A stretch of DNA of 64,000 nucleotides from the NCBI GenBank assembly GCA_050950825.1, contig JBMNIH010000004.1, positions 664,479 to 728,478 on the forward strand, written 5' to 3'. A model generated the notes under the pieces. That model did no database searches and had not been told where the DNA came from. It saw nothing but the letters and a program-made list of their open reading frames with translations. Source of the DNA: Clostridia bacterium (GTDB lineage: Bacteria; Bacillota; Clostridia; JAAYHZ01). Made by a program: the position numbers and the translations under genes. Within the stretch, counting starts at the first letter, position 1. Each line of letters begins with the position of its first letter. Positions 48,198 to 58,929 of the stretch are shown here, in pieces.

Positions 48198-48549
48198 TCA
48201 ATTCCTCCGTTTTCATATGTGCAAGCTTAAATCTATTATACATAAACCGGTTATCGGAATAAAGGTTTACCATGGTACAAATTTGACATTCTTATGACTC
48301 TATTATTATTCTGATACGATGTTAATATTCGATAAGCAAACAGGATTCTTATGAAAGGAGGAAATTCGGTTATTTTGGCAGGAAGAATAAAAGAATTGCC
48401 GGGAATATAAAGCATAAAAACCATATAAAGGTATTGAAACATACAAGTTCATGAAAAAATAGTATATACAAACATATTAAAAATAGGTTAATTTCAAGTT
48501 AACCGCGCGTTAATCATGCAAAAAAATGTGCTTTATTTTGAAAATATTA

Positions 48550-48560
48550 TGTGTTATAAT
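48550..48560 (+). promoter_or_regulatory. Extended -10 promoter of the exporter operon
   Basis: TGTGtTATAAT about 50 nt before the ATG. Confidence 0.55.
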
Positions 48561-48612
48561 GAAAAAGGAATCATTATATTATTTTCCAAATTTATATAGG
48601 GAAGGGATGTAT

Positions 48613-49668
48613 ATGTTTAGAGTTCCACGCACCGTAGTGAAGAACGCCCGTTTTATCAGATCAATCGCATTAGGAATCATTATTTTTATTATGTCATTGT
48701 CTGCAACGGGTTGCTTTTTATGGCCTGTAGAGGAGGAAATGCCGAAACCGCCTTTGGTTCAACCGGATGAGGTGCAGCTGCCTTTGCGAACCGTCGTACG
48801 AGGACCTATTGAGGAATCCATTCGAGGTACGGCTACCTATACACCATCCATTTACGAAGCGGTGGTGCTGAAAAACCAAGCAGGTAAAGTGGTTCGGATA
48901 CATATTAAAGAAGGCGATTATGTCAACCAAGGAGACTTATTGCTAGAATTGGATTCCACCGATTTGGAAGACCAACTGTATTATCAAAGAATTGCCCATG
49001 AAAGAGCGCAAATTGCTTACGACCGTTTGCTTGAAAGATGGGAAATCCAAGGAGGCGGAGACAAGTACGATTTAAGACTTGCCGAAATCAACTTGGAAGT
49101 TGAAACTAAAAAATTAAACGAATTAGAAGAAAAGTACAGAAAGACAAGAGTATTTGCGCCCATGTCCGGCCAAATAAACTACATGAGAAGATTAAAACCG
49201 GATGATGTCATCGCTGACGGAACCACTCTTTGTCAAATCAGCGATCCGGATTCCGGCGTATTGGAATACAACAACACGACTTATGCTCATTACTTTACGT
49301 TAGGAACGAAAGTTCAAGTTTCATACACAAAGAATAAACAACTGTATGAGTATGAATGCGAAGTTATCGGACCTACGGCAAACCAACCGGAAGATTCGAA
49401 TAAAAAAGGCGTCGTAACCATCGATGCAACGGGACTTCAAAACTTGGAATTTGGTGATCGTGTACAGATTAAACTGGTGTTGAATTATAACGAAAATGCC
49501 GTATTGGTTCCCCGTTCGGTTCTCAGGGAAAACCAAGGAGCTTACTTTGTCTATGTTTATGAAAACGGAATGAGAACGCAGCGTCTTGTAGAAGTGGGTA
49601 TTATGACTACAACGGAAGCGGAGATTGTAGCAGGATTAGAGCCGGGAGAACAAGTCTTCACAAGATAA
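48613..49668 (+). CDS. Membrane fusion / periplasmic adaptor lipoprotein (HlyD/MacA-like)
   Basis: Lipobox SATG|C. Lipoyl halves (VxxIHIKEGDYVNQGDLL, APMSG), coiled-coil hairpin, C-terminal EIVAGLEPGE. Confidence 0.88.
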   Translation: MFRVPRTVVKNARFIRSIALGIIIFIMSLSATGCFLWPVEEEMPKPPLVQPDEVQLPLRTVVRGPIEESIRGTATYTPSIYEAVVLKNQAGKVVRIHIKEGDYVNQGDLLLELDSTDLEDQLYYQRIAHERAQIAYDRLLERWEIQGGGDKYDLRLAEINLEVETKKLNELEEKYRKTRVFAPMSGQINYMRRLKPDDVIADGTTLCQISDPDSGVLEYNNTTYAHYFTLGTKVQVSYTKNKQLYEYECEVIGPTANQPEDSNKKGVVTIDATGLQNLEFGDRVQIKLVLNYNENAVLVPRSVLRENQGAYFVYVYENGMRTQRLVEVGIMTTTEAEIVAGLEPGEQVFTR

Positions 49669-49684
49669 GAAAGGGGGTAACGAT

Positions 49685-52567
49685 GTGCTGTTAGTCGTTA
49701 TACGTAAGATTATCAGTAACAAATGGTTAGTAGCCTGCCTTCTTATCGGATCGATTCTTTTGGTTGCAACGGTAAGCACTATACCGATGTATTCTGCCGG
49801 TGTTTTCCAAAGAATGTTAACAAAAGATTTGGAACAATACCAGAATGATTACCGAACATTTCCCGGAACTCTTGAAGCAGATGCTAACATGACTTACTTT
49901 ACGGAAACGCGAAGTAAGTACAATATGTATTGGAATATGGACGGGTTGATGAGAAACAAAATTTCTCATGATTACAACTTGCCCATTTTAAGCGAATTCC
50001 ATCGAATAACGTTTGATCATTTAAAGGTTGTAAAGGAAGAAACGTCGAAAGACGAAGGTATGATCACGCTTAAAGTTGAAGCGATTGAAAACTTACCTGA
50101 ACATGTAAAGCTTGTCGGCGGAAGAATGTTCTCGAAAACTCCTACCCAAGACGGTGTCTTCGAAGTGGTGATTACCGAAGAGGCCATGAGGGACTTAGGA
50201 TTGGTCAGCAATGAAGTATATACCATCACGTCCTATACAAAAGACGACAGTATGAGCATTAAAATCCAAGTGGTGGGCGTCATTGCTCCGGATACGACGG
50301 ACGAGAACTTTTGGTATGAGGGTATCAGCGGTTACAGGAAAACCCTCTTTATGGACTGGGATCTTGCAAAAGACTATTTGATTGGCCAGAGCATATTTGA
50401 TTTGTCCTTTGCAAAATGGCATTATGCTTTGGATTACCATAAAATTTTAATCAGCGACGTCGACCATATCACGAAATCCTATACGCAGCAGCAAAGAGAC
50501 CTGTCCGGATGGAAGGGTGTCTTTGTACTGAAATTCCCGGTCATTGATATTTTAAACGAATATTATTTCCGGCATATGCAGCTGAGCACGACCTTGTGGA
50601 TCTTGTATGTTCCCGTTTTGATCATGCTTGCTTTCTACATATTCATGGTTGCCCAGCTGATTGTAAAACACGAAGCCAATGAAATTGCCGTAATGAAAAG
50701 TAGAGGAGCCAGCAGATTCCAAATATTCAAAAGCTATTTTCTCGAAAGCCTCATATACGGTATTGCGGCTGCCATTGTCGGTCCCATGTTGGGGATGTTC
50801 ATGTGCAAGGTATTAGGCGCTTCAAACGGTTTTATGGAATTTATTAACCGTACGGCACTGCCGATCAACTTGTCAATGGACGCCATTTTATACACCGTAT
50901 ACAGCGTCTTAACGTTTATGCTGTTTATGTTGATACCGGCTTACCGAACATCTCGGACATCCATTGTAGAATACAAGCAGAAAAAAGCAAAAACCAGCAC
51001 AAGACCTTTGTGGAACAAACTGTTTTTGGATATTATTCTTTTGGCGGCAGCTATCTACGGGCTAATGAACTTCCAAGAAATGCAGCAAATTATGAACGTG
51101 CAGCAAGCTTCTGAAACCGGATTTTCCATAGACCCGATTATGTTCTTCCTGTCCACGTTCTTCATTATGGGTGCGGGATTGTTCTTCTTAAGAATTTATC
51201 CTACCATCATAAAGATTGTTTTCTCTCTAGGAAGAGGCGTGTGGTCTCCGGTTATGTACTCGTCCTTTATCCAAGTAGGACGGTCCGAAGGAAAAGAACA
51301 GTTCTTGATGCTTTTCTTGATTGTTTCCTTGTCGGTAGGTATTTTTAACGCCAATGCGGCAAGAACCATCAACCGAAATCTCGAAGACAAGGTAATGTAC
51401 AGACTAGGTACCGACATTGTGGTGCAGCCGTATTTTGAAAGCAACCAACCCATGAGTACAGGGGCCCCTCCCGAAATGGGCGATATACCCGGAGGCACCG
51501 GAGGTCAGCAGACAACCGTCAGTACAAAACCGATATTGTATTTCGAGCCCAACTATTATGAATACGAGAACATCGAAGGGATCGAATCCATTACCAAGGT
51601 ATTCAGAAACGCCGATGCAACCGTTCGGGTGATGGGTGTCACCGTTGAACATGCGGACTTAATGGGAATTATTTCTCACGAATTCGGAGAAACCGCATGG
51701 TTTAGAGACGATTTGCTGCCTTATCATTGGTATCATTACTTAAACTTGCTAGCCGATAACCCCAGCGCGGTACTTTTGTCCTCCGGTTTCCAGCAAGACG
51801 GAGACGTCCAGCTTTTGGACAACGTGACCTATAACTGGGGAAAGCAGAGCTTTACCGACGGTATTGTCTATGGGTTTGTGGATTACTGGCCTACATGGAA
51901 TCCGGTGTATAAAAAGGATTTCATGACCGGCAAGGAAGTTCCGCCCCGATTGATTGTTGTCAATTTAAACTATTTGCACAACATGACCTTCTTGGAGCCT
52001 TATGAGATTTGGATTAAAAAGGCTCCGGATACGACGGACATGGAAATTACCAATCAAATAACGGATAAGAAGCTGAGAATCACGGGTATATCCTATGCCA
52101 CACAAGAGATCATCAAGTTTAAAAACGATCCCTTGCTGCAAGGTATCAACGGTTCTTTGACACTGAGCTTCGTGGTAACCATGATCATCAGTATAATCGG
52201 ATTCTTGATCTATTGGATTCTATCCATTCGAGACAGGGTTCTCCAATTCGGTATATTACGGGCCATGGGATTGTCGAAGAGCAAAGTAATCGGGATGATT
52301 GTTGTCGAACAGATTTTAATATCGGTTATGGCAATATTTATGGGATTGGTAATCGGAAGTATCACCAGCCAACTGTACGTGCCGTTGTTGCAAATGATGT
52401 ACGGTGCTGCAGAGCAAGTGCCTCCGTTCGAAATTATTTCTTCCACAAACGACTACCTGAGAATCTATGTTGTTGTCGGCTTCATGCTCCTTCTCGGTAC
52501 CGGTATTTTGGCGAGATTTGTTGCCAGCATCAGGATGGATCAAGCCGTTAAGCTTGGCGAGGATTAA
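49685..52567 (+). CDS. Large FtsX/MacB-type ABC permease (two fused halves)
   Basis: EIAVMKSRGAS and QFGILRAMGLS coupling motifs, with two extracytoplasmic domains. Confidence 0.9.
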   Translation: MLLVVIRKIISNKWLVACLLIGSILLVATVSTIPMYSAGVFQRMLTKDLEQYQNDYRTFPGTLEADANMTYFTETRSKYNMYWNMDGLMRNKISHDYNLPILSEFHRITFDHLKVVKEETSKDEGMITLKVEAIENLPEHVKLVGGRMFSKTPTQDGVFEVVITEEAMRDLGLVSNEVYTITSYTKDDSMSIKIQVVGVIAPDTTDENFWYEGISGYRKTLFMDWDLAKDYLIGQSIFDLSFAKWHYALDYHKILISDVDHITKSYTQQQRDLSGWKGVFVLKFPVIDILNEYYFRHMQLSTTLWILYVPVLIMLAFYIFMVAQLIVKHEANEIAVMKSRGASRFQIFKSYFLESLIYGIAAAIVGPMLGMFMCKVLGASNGFMEFINRTALPINLSMDAILYTVYSVLTFMLFMLIPAYRTSRTSIVEYKQKKAKTSTRPLWNKLFLDIILLAAAIYGLMNFQEMQQIMNVQQASETGFSIDPIMFFLSTFFIMGAGLFFLRIYPTIIKIVFSLGRGVWSPVMYSSFIQVGRSEGKEQFLMLFLIVSLSVGIFNANAARTINRNLEDKVMYRLGTDIVVQPYFESNQPMSTGAPPEMGDIPGGTGGQQTTVSTKPILYFEPNYYEYENIEGIESITKVFRNADATVRVMGVTVEHADLMGIISHEFGETAWFRDDLLPYHWYHYLNLLADNPSAVLLSSGFQQDGDVQLLDNVTYNWGKQSFTDGIVYGFVDYWPTWNPVYKKDFMTGKEVPPRLIVVNLNYLHNMTFLEPYEIWIKKAPDTTDMEITNQITDKKLRITGISYATQEIIKFKNDPLLQGINGSLTLSFVVTMIISIIGFLIYWILSIRDRVLQFGILRAMGLSKSKVIGMIVVEQILISVMAIFMGLVIGSITSQLYVPLLQMMYGAAEQVPPFEIISSTNDYLRIYVVVGFMLLLGTGILARFVASIRMDQAVKLGED

Positions 52568-52578
52568 TAGAGGGAGGT

Positions 52579-53262
52579 ATGAATATGGAATATACGTTCA
52601 GAACGGAAAATGTATACAGACGATTTAAATCCGGCAGTGAAATCGTAGAAGCCTTGAAAAATGTGAATATAAATATACCGAAAAACAAGCTGAGTATCTT
52701 CCGAGGACCTTCGGGCTCAGGCAAGACCACCTTGATTAATATACTCGGCTCTCTGGACAGACCCAGTGAAGGAAAAGTCTTTTTTGACGACGAAGAGATA
52801 TCGAAGCTGTCCGATAAAAAAAGAGATGATATCCGCCGTGTCAAATGCGGGTTCATATTTCAATCGGTAGCCCTTATATCCAACATGTCGGCATTTGAGA
52901 ACGTGGATTTCGGATTACGAATAGCCGGTGTGAGCAAAGGCAGGAGAAAAAGGGCGGAGGAATGTTTGAAGCTGGTAGGTTTAGGTAAACGTATGACACA
53001 TCGACCTCAGCAGTTGTCCGGTGGAGAACAGCAAAGAGTTGCCGTTGCAAGGGCCATTGCCCACAGACCCCAAGTGTTGTTTGCCGACGAACCTACGGCG
53101 GAGCTGGATACGCAGACCGGTCTCCAAGTGGTTCGGTTGTTTAAGTCGTTGGTGGAACAAGAGGGCATCACCGTTGTCATGACGACCCACGACCCGAACA
53201 TGATGGAGGTTGCCGACTACGTATTTAACTTAGAGGACGGGGTGGTGTTAAATGGACAATAA
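52579..53262 (+). CDS. ABC ATPase (LolD/MacB type)
   Basis: GPSGSGKTT, LSGGEQQR, ADEPT and THD motifs. Confidence 0.95.
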   Translation: MNMEYTFRTENVYRRFKSGSEIVEALKNVNINIPKNKLSIFRGPSGSGKTTLINILGSLDRPSEGKVFFDDEEISKLSDKKRDDIRRVKCGFIFQSVALISNMSAFENVDFGLRIAGVSKGRRKRAEECLKLVGLGKRMTHRPQQLSGGEQQRVAVARAIAHRPQVLFADEPTAELDTQTGLQVVRLFKSLVEQEGITVVMTTHDPNMMEVADYVFNLEDGVVLNGQ

Positions 53263-54220
53263 CGAAAGAAGATTAATGGTTGAATGCGATAACTTGGTGA
53301 AGATATACAAAACCGCGGAAAGCGAGGTTGTTGCCCTTCAAGGCTTGGACTTGGAGGTAGAAGAAGGCGAATTGATGGCTATCATCGGTAACAGCGGAAG
53401 CGGTAAATCGACTTTGTTAAACATGCTGGGGGGACTGGACCGTCCCTCTGCAGGTAAACTTCATATAAACGGAGAAGATATCCTAAAGTATGATGACAAG
53501 CAGCTTAGGGAATACATGAAGAGTACCGTAGGCTTCGTATGGCAGAACAACGCAAGAAACTTGATTCCGTATTTAACGGTTACTCAAAACATTGAATTGC
53601 CCATGATTCTTGCAGGCAATACGGCGAACAAAAGAGAAAGGGTTCTGGAACTTTTGGATGCGGTTGCCATGACACATCGTAAGAAAAGCAAATTGAACCA
53701 ACTGTCAGGAGGGGAACAGCAAAGAGTTGCCATCGCCATTGCTTTGGCAAACAATCCGAAGCTCCTTTTGGCAGACGAACCCACAGGTTCGGTAGACGCA
53801 AAGACCACGAGTATGATTATGGATGTTTTTAATAACCTGAAGGATCAATTCAAGGTAACTATCGTTATCGTAACCCACGATACGCAGCTGGCAAAATCCG
53901 TGGACCGTGTCGTAGCCATACGAGACGGACGTACCAGCAGCGAGTTCCTGATTAAAAAATCCTATGCACAGCAATTGGCGGAAATGGGAGACCAAATCCT
54001 CGAGCAGGCCATTTCAGGGAAAATCGATACCCACGAAGAGCTGGTTGTGGTGGACAAATACGGACGCTTGCAGTTGCCGAAGGATACCATTGAAACCTTA
54101 AGAATCAGCGGCAAGACCAATTTGAAGGTAGAGATGGACGGAGACCGCATCATACTCACGGTACCGTCCGGAGAGGATTTGAAGAATTTCAACAAAAAAG
54201 CCGCTGCACAAGCGAATTAA
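53252..54220 (+). CDS. ABC ATPase (LolD type) with C-terminal AbrB/SpoVT-like extension
   Basis: GNSGSGKST, LSGGEQQR and ADEPTG motifs. Tail VVVDKYGRLQLPK..LKVEMDGDRIIL. Confidence 0.9.
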   Translation: MDNNERRLMVECDNLVKIYKTAESEVVALQGLDLEVEEGELMAIIGNSGSGKSTLLNMLGGLDRPSAGKLHINGEDILKYDDKQLREYMKSTVGFVWQNNARNLIPYLTVTQNIELPMILAGNTANKRERVLELLDAVAMTHRKKSKLNQLSGGEQQRVAIAIALANNPKLLLADEPTGSVDAKTTSMIMDVFNNLKDQFKVTIVIVTHDTQLAKSVDRVVAIRDGRTSSEFLIKKSYAQQLAEMGDQILEQAISGKIDTHEELVVVDKYGRLQLPKDTIETLRISGKTNLKVEMDGDRIILTVPSGEDLKNFNKKAAAQAN

Positions 54221-54246
54221 TCAAAAAACAAATAATGAACATGAAG

Positions 54247-54277
54247 AAAGGAGTTGCACCAATCGCAACTCCTTTTT
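54247..54277. terminator. Bidirectional terminator
   Basis: AAGGAGTTGC pairs with GCAACTCCTT, with flanking A and T runs, between convergent genes. Confidence 0.85.
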
Positions 54278-55529
54278 ATACCTTTATCATTTGATGCTCG
54301 TATTCCGTAATCCGGGTCGTTTGCTTTTTCGGGTAAAGATAATGATATATATCCGTGGTTCTTGCTTCAATTTCAAACAAAGCTTTACCGTCTTCGTCCA
54401 ATGCCGCGATATCCGAGGCCTTGGTCACGACCGGAACGGTAGAAGATTTTCCGATCAATGATATGATTTCCGGTTTCTCACGGTTGAAGCCCAATATTCG
54501 TACGTAGGGCACCGATCCCTCGGTAAAACGTTCAAAGTCATATCGGGTAATTCCGGCCAATATGTTCAATAGCAATCTTTTGATTCGTGTTGCCGGATAC
54601 CGTTTCGTCACCATGGCTTGAATCAGGTTGGACAGGTCGGAGGATCGGTCCAAAGCCTTTTTTAAGCGGTTTTCCAAGCCCGGTTCCATAAAGGGATATC
54701 GACTTAAGTGAAGTGAGCTTTCTCTTCGCAAAAAGATTTGGAAAAAGTCGTACAGCCTGTCCAAATCCAAAGGACACCGACCTTCTTGAATTTCGCGGGT
54801 TAGATGATCGAGAGTACATTTCGGAATCGAGGGAAGCGACTTCTTCCGTAATTTTAAACTCTTCCGAAATTTTCCGGCGTATGGCCATAGCGCTACTGAA
54901 GCTTTCATACAAATTTGTGTCTCCGTAGGATGCACCCTTTCGCTGAATAGGTAAAGGTTTAATGGGAGAATCGAGAATGTTCAGCCGTTTTAAATATTCT
55001 ACCGCTAAAATGTTGTTGGACCCGGAGATCAAGTTTTCCGGAAGGTCCGGTAATATTTCATGCAAGGCTTTTTTCACGAGCGGCGGCAAAGCCGTATCCG
55101 CAATCCAAGTACTCTTTCAGAATACTCTCTCATACTCTTTCGGTTCTTGCGCAAGGATGTTCGCGACTTTTTGCAGAAGAGTTAAGTCCGGGGATTCGCA
55201 CCCGAAACTGATATGGGTGACGCAGCCTAAAGCATGAAGGATGGAAACTCCTCCTCCTGCGAAAAATTCCGCACTGGCGGTAGCATAAATGAAGGGCAGC
55301 TCAATACGCAGTCGATTCCGGAACGCAGCGCACATTCGACGCGAACCTGTTTGCGGAGAAATGCCGGTTCGCCTCGCTGGGTATAATTACCGCTCATGAC
55401 GCAGATTATATAATCCGGATTCAACAGCTCGCGGGTTTTTTGAATATGATACACATGGCCGTTGTGAAGCGGATTGTACTCCGCAATGATTCCTGCAATG
55501 ACAGGCTTTTTGTCGTTTTTCTCACACAT
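54276..55529 (-). CDS. tmcAL: tRNA(Met) cytidine acetate ligase (HIGH nucleotidyltransferase, YlbM), split by about 4 frameshifts
   Basis: AEYNPLHNGH, MSGNYTQRGEP, SAEFFA, SFGCE, SNNILAVEY, SAMAIR, TKRY and YVRILGF motifs are spread across frames. Confidence 0.88.
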
Positions 55530-56618
55530 TGAATCGAAACAGGATAACATCTCCGTCCTTTACCGTATATTCTTTGCCTTCGGACCGAACCAAGCCTTTT
55601 TCTTTTGCATGTACCATGGATCCGCATTCCATTAGAAGATCATACGAAATCACTTCGGCGCGAATAAAGCCCCTTTCAAAATCCGAATGAATTTTACCGG
55701 CGGCTTGGGGCGCTTTCGTACCTTCCTTAATGGTCCATGCTCGTACTTCTTTTTCACCGGCCGTTAGGAAACTGATCAATCCCAACAGTTTATAACCGGC
55801 TTTTATTAATTTCGACAAACCGGATTCTTGTATTCCCAATTCCTTTAAAAATTCCGTTTTTTCATTCTCTTCCAATCCGCTTAATTCCTGCTCAATGCTT
55901 GCGCAAACGGTAATCATTTCGGCATGATCCGCTCGGGCGATTTCGCTTAAGGCTTTTACATGCGGATTTTCCGATTCACGGTTAATATCCTCTTCGGAGA
56001 CATTGGCTCTATATAGATGATGGGTTTGGAGGTGAGCAAGAACAAGTCCTTCGTAAACTCCGAATCTTGTTCCTCGTACGGAAAGCTTCTTGCGGCCTTT
56101 CCCGACTCCAACCAATCCTTCAATCTCGTATAAAAGTCCATTTCCAATTTGTACTTTTTTTCTCCGGACTTCAGCATTTTGCCGCATCGGTCGATTTTAC
56201 GTTCCAATGTTTCCAGGTCGGCAAATATCAATTCCAGATTTATGGTTTCCACGTCTCTTTTCGGGTCAACGGATCCTTCCACATGTACCACGTTGGTATC
56301 ATCGAAACAGCGAACCACGTGGGCAATGGCATCGGTTTCCCGAATGTGGGACAAAAATTGGTTGCCTAAACCTTCTCCCTTGCTGGCTCCTTTGACCAAA
56401 CCGGCAATATCCACAAATTCAATGACGGCAGGAGTGATTTTTTTGGTTGCATACATTCTCCCAAGGACGTTTAAACGCTCATCGGGAACGGCAACGACTC
56501 CTACGTTCGGCTCGATGGTGCAAAAAGGATAATTTGCACTGTCGACTCCTGCTGCGGTCAAAGCATTGAAGATGGTACTTTTCCCCACGTTCGGCAGCCC
56601 GACTATTCCAATTTTCAT
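55522..56618 (-). CDS. ychF: Redox-regulated ATPase YchF, one frameshift near 56005-56012
   Basis: [22 protein letters not shown] and DIAGLV in one frame. [21 protein letters not shown] in another. Confidence 0.96.
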
Positions 56619-56659
56619 ATATGTTAATAACCTCCGCTATTCTTTCATAATTCCAAAAG

Positions 56660-56740
56660 ATTATATCACATGGATAAAGGTTGAACAACAGCGACGGGGG
56701 AACCTTTTCTGTTGGTTTTGGCATTTTGACGTGATATAAT
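56660..56740. promoter_or_regulatory. Back-to-back divergent sigma-A promoters (ychF on -, oxidoreductase operon on +)
   Basis: Minus strand TTGTTC-17-TATAAT (56688-56660) and plus strand TTGGTT-17-TATAAT (56712-56740), both with a TG extension. Confidence 0.65.
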
Positions 56741-56797
56741 ATACGTAAAACCACGCATACTTATTGGAAATTTTTAAATAGTAAGGATGATGCTGCT

Positions 56798-57779
56798 TTG
56801 AAAACAAAAGTCGCTCTATACGGCAGAAACGGCCATCATATAATCCGTGAGCTAACCGACAACAAAAGAGCCGAGTTGGTTGCCGTTTGTGCCATTGAAC
56901 CGGAAATTTTGCCGGAAGATCTAAGGAACAAGGTAATCTATTACAATTCACTTGAAGAAATGACGGATAACAAGGAAATCGAGATCGTGTCTTTGTGTTC
57001 TCCCGTACGAAAAGACCAAGGAAGAGCAAGCCGTATTATGCATGAAGAAAGGAAAGCATGTCTATGCAGAAAAACCCTGCGCGTTTACCGAAGAGGGGAT
57101 CCGCCGCTTGATTCGTACTGCCAAGGAAAATAACGTGATTTTTCGGGAAATGATCGGAACGACCTTCCAACAGCCTTACAAGGCCATGAGAAAGGTTATT
57201 CGCCAAGGATTGATCGGAGAGCCGGTACAAGTTTTCGCTCAAAAATCCTATCGCTCCTTGTTTTCAAGACGTCCTCAAGACGAAGCTATTGACGGCGGTC
57301 TTACGGTACAAGTAGGCGTTCACGCGACTAGAATGATCGAGCATATTACCGGGCTGAAAATAACGGAGAGTGCCTGCATTGAGACAAAGCTTGGAAATCC
57401 GGTTCCGGAGGGTCAATTAAGGACCGCTTCTTCCGTTATCGGAACGTTGGAAAACGGAGGCATATTCTCCATGGTTATCAATTATTTAAATCCTCAAGGA
57501 TTCGGTCTTCACGGGAACGAGTCGTTGAGGATTTTTGGTACAAAGGGAATGATGGAAGCGACGGACGGAGGAACGAAAACACGATTGATCGTCGAAGACA
57601 AGGACTTCGGGCCTTTGGACACAAGCGAACCGGATGACGACTATTTCGAGCTGTTCCTCGACAAGGTGAGAGGGGAAGGAGAGCTTCCCTTTGACGACGA
57701 AACCGCTATGCATCCTACCATCGCCATCGTGAACGCAAAGAAAAACGAAGGAATTTGGAGGTCCAAAAAAAATGATTAA
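56798..57779 (+). CDS. Gfo/Idh/MocA oxidoreductase (frameshifted near 57020-57045)
   Basis: Rossmann N-terminus in ORF 56798. GKHVYAEKP and GG..QVGVHA motifs in ORF 57042. Confidence 0.82.
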
Positions 57780-58923
57780 AATTCTATTGGTGGGGCGCAT
57801 CCGGATACGGTGCCGTTTATCTTCATTTCCTATTTGAAAAATGCAAAGAAACGGGACTATCGGATTGCAGGGATTGTGGACCCTTATGTGGAAAAAAGCC
57901 CGTTTTACGATATCCTCAAAAATCAAGGAATTCCTTTTTACGACCGTATGGAAGACTTTTACGAATCCCGTAAAGCCGACCTTGCCGTTATTGCGTCTCC
58001 CATCCACTTCCATGCACTGCAAACGGAAATCGCATTAAAGAACGGTTTCCAATGTTTTATGCGAAAAGCCTGTCTGCGCAGGACCCGAGGATATTGAAAA
58101 AATGGCTTCCTTTAAGGAAAAATACGAAGGCTTTGTCGCCGTAGGCTACCAATGGTCTTTTTCCCAAGCGATTCTGGATTTAAAAAAAGACATCCTATCC
58201 GGGCTTTTCGGGAAGGCCGAATATTTAAAAACCTTGGTTTCATGGCCGAGAAGCCATGCTTACTTTAACCGCAACAACTGGGCGGGGAAAATAAAGACGG
58301 AAGACGGTCGATATATTTTAGACAGTGTGGCCAACAACGCTACGGCCCATTATTTGCACAATATGTTCTATGCATTGGGCAAAACCCTGCAGGAATCGGT
58401 TCTGCCTAAAATCGAGCATTGTGTTTTAGGCGCAGCCAATCCCATTGAAAACTTTGATACCATAACGGTCCAAGCAACGGGAGAGGACGGCACGAAATTC
58501 TATTTTGCCGCCGCTCATCCGGTATCAACGACCAAAGGTCCCGTTTTTGAATATAAATTCGAAAACGGAATTGTTACCTACAACCCTCAGGAGCGGCAGG
58601 AGATAATTGCCGTATTCAAAGACGGATCGAAAAAAGTATACGGAAACCCCGGCGATTCCGATCATAACAAGCTGATTCTTTGTATGGAGAAAACGAAGAA
58701 TAAGAAATTGGAGCTTCCCTGTACCGTGGAAACGGCATTGCCACATGCAAGATTTATATACAACCTGTATCGGTCCTACCCGGTGAATCGTTTTAAAGAT
58801 AATTTGATAAAGACCGTGGAAATCCGAAACGCTCCGGTGACGATTGTCGAAGGGCTGGATAAAACCCTTGATGCTTGTTATGAAGATATGCGTATGCTTT
58901 CGGAGGAATATTTTAAGCGGTGA
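57772..58923 (+). CDS. Gfo/Idh/MocA oxidoreductase (multiple frameshifts)
   Basis: Reconstructed MIKILLVGASGYG.., IASPIHFH, NVLCEKP, VGYQWSF and NNATAHYLHN. Confidence 0.8.
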
Positions 58924-58929
58924 AGGGTT

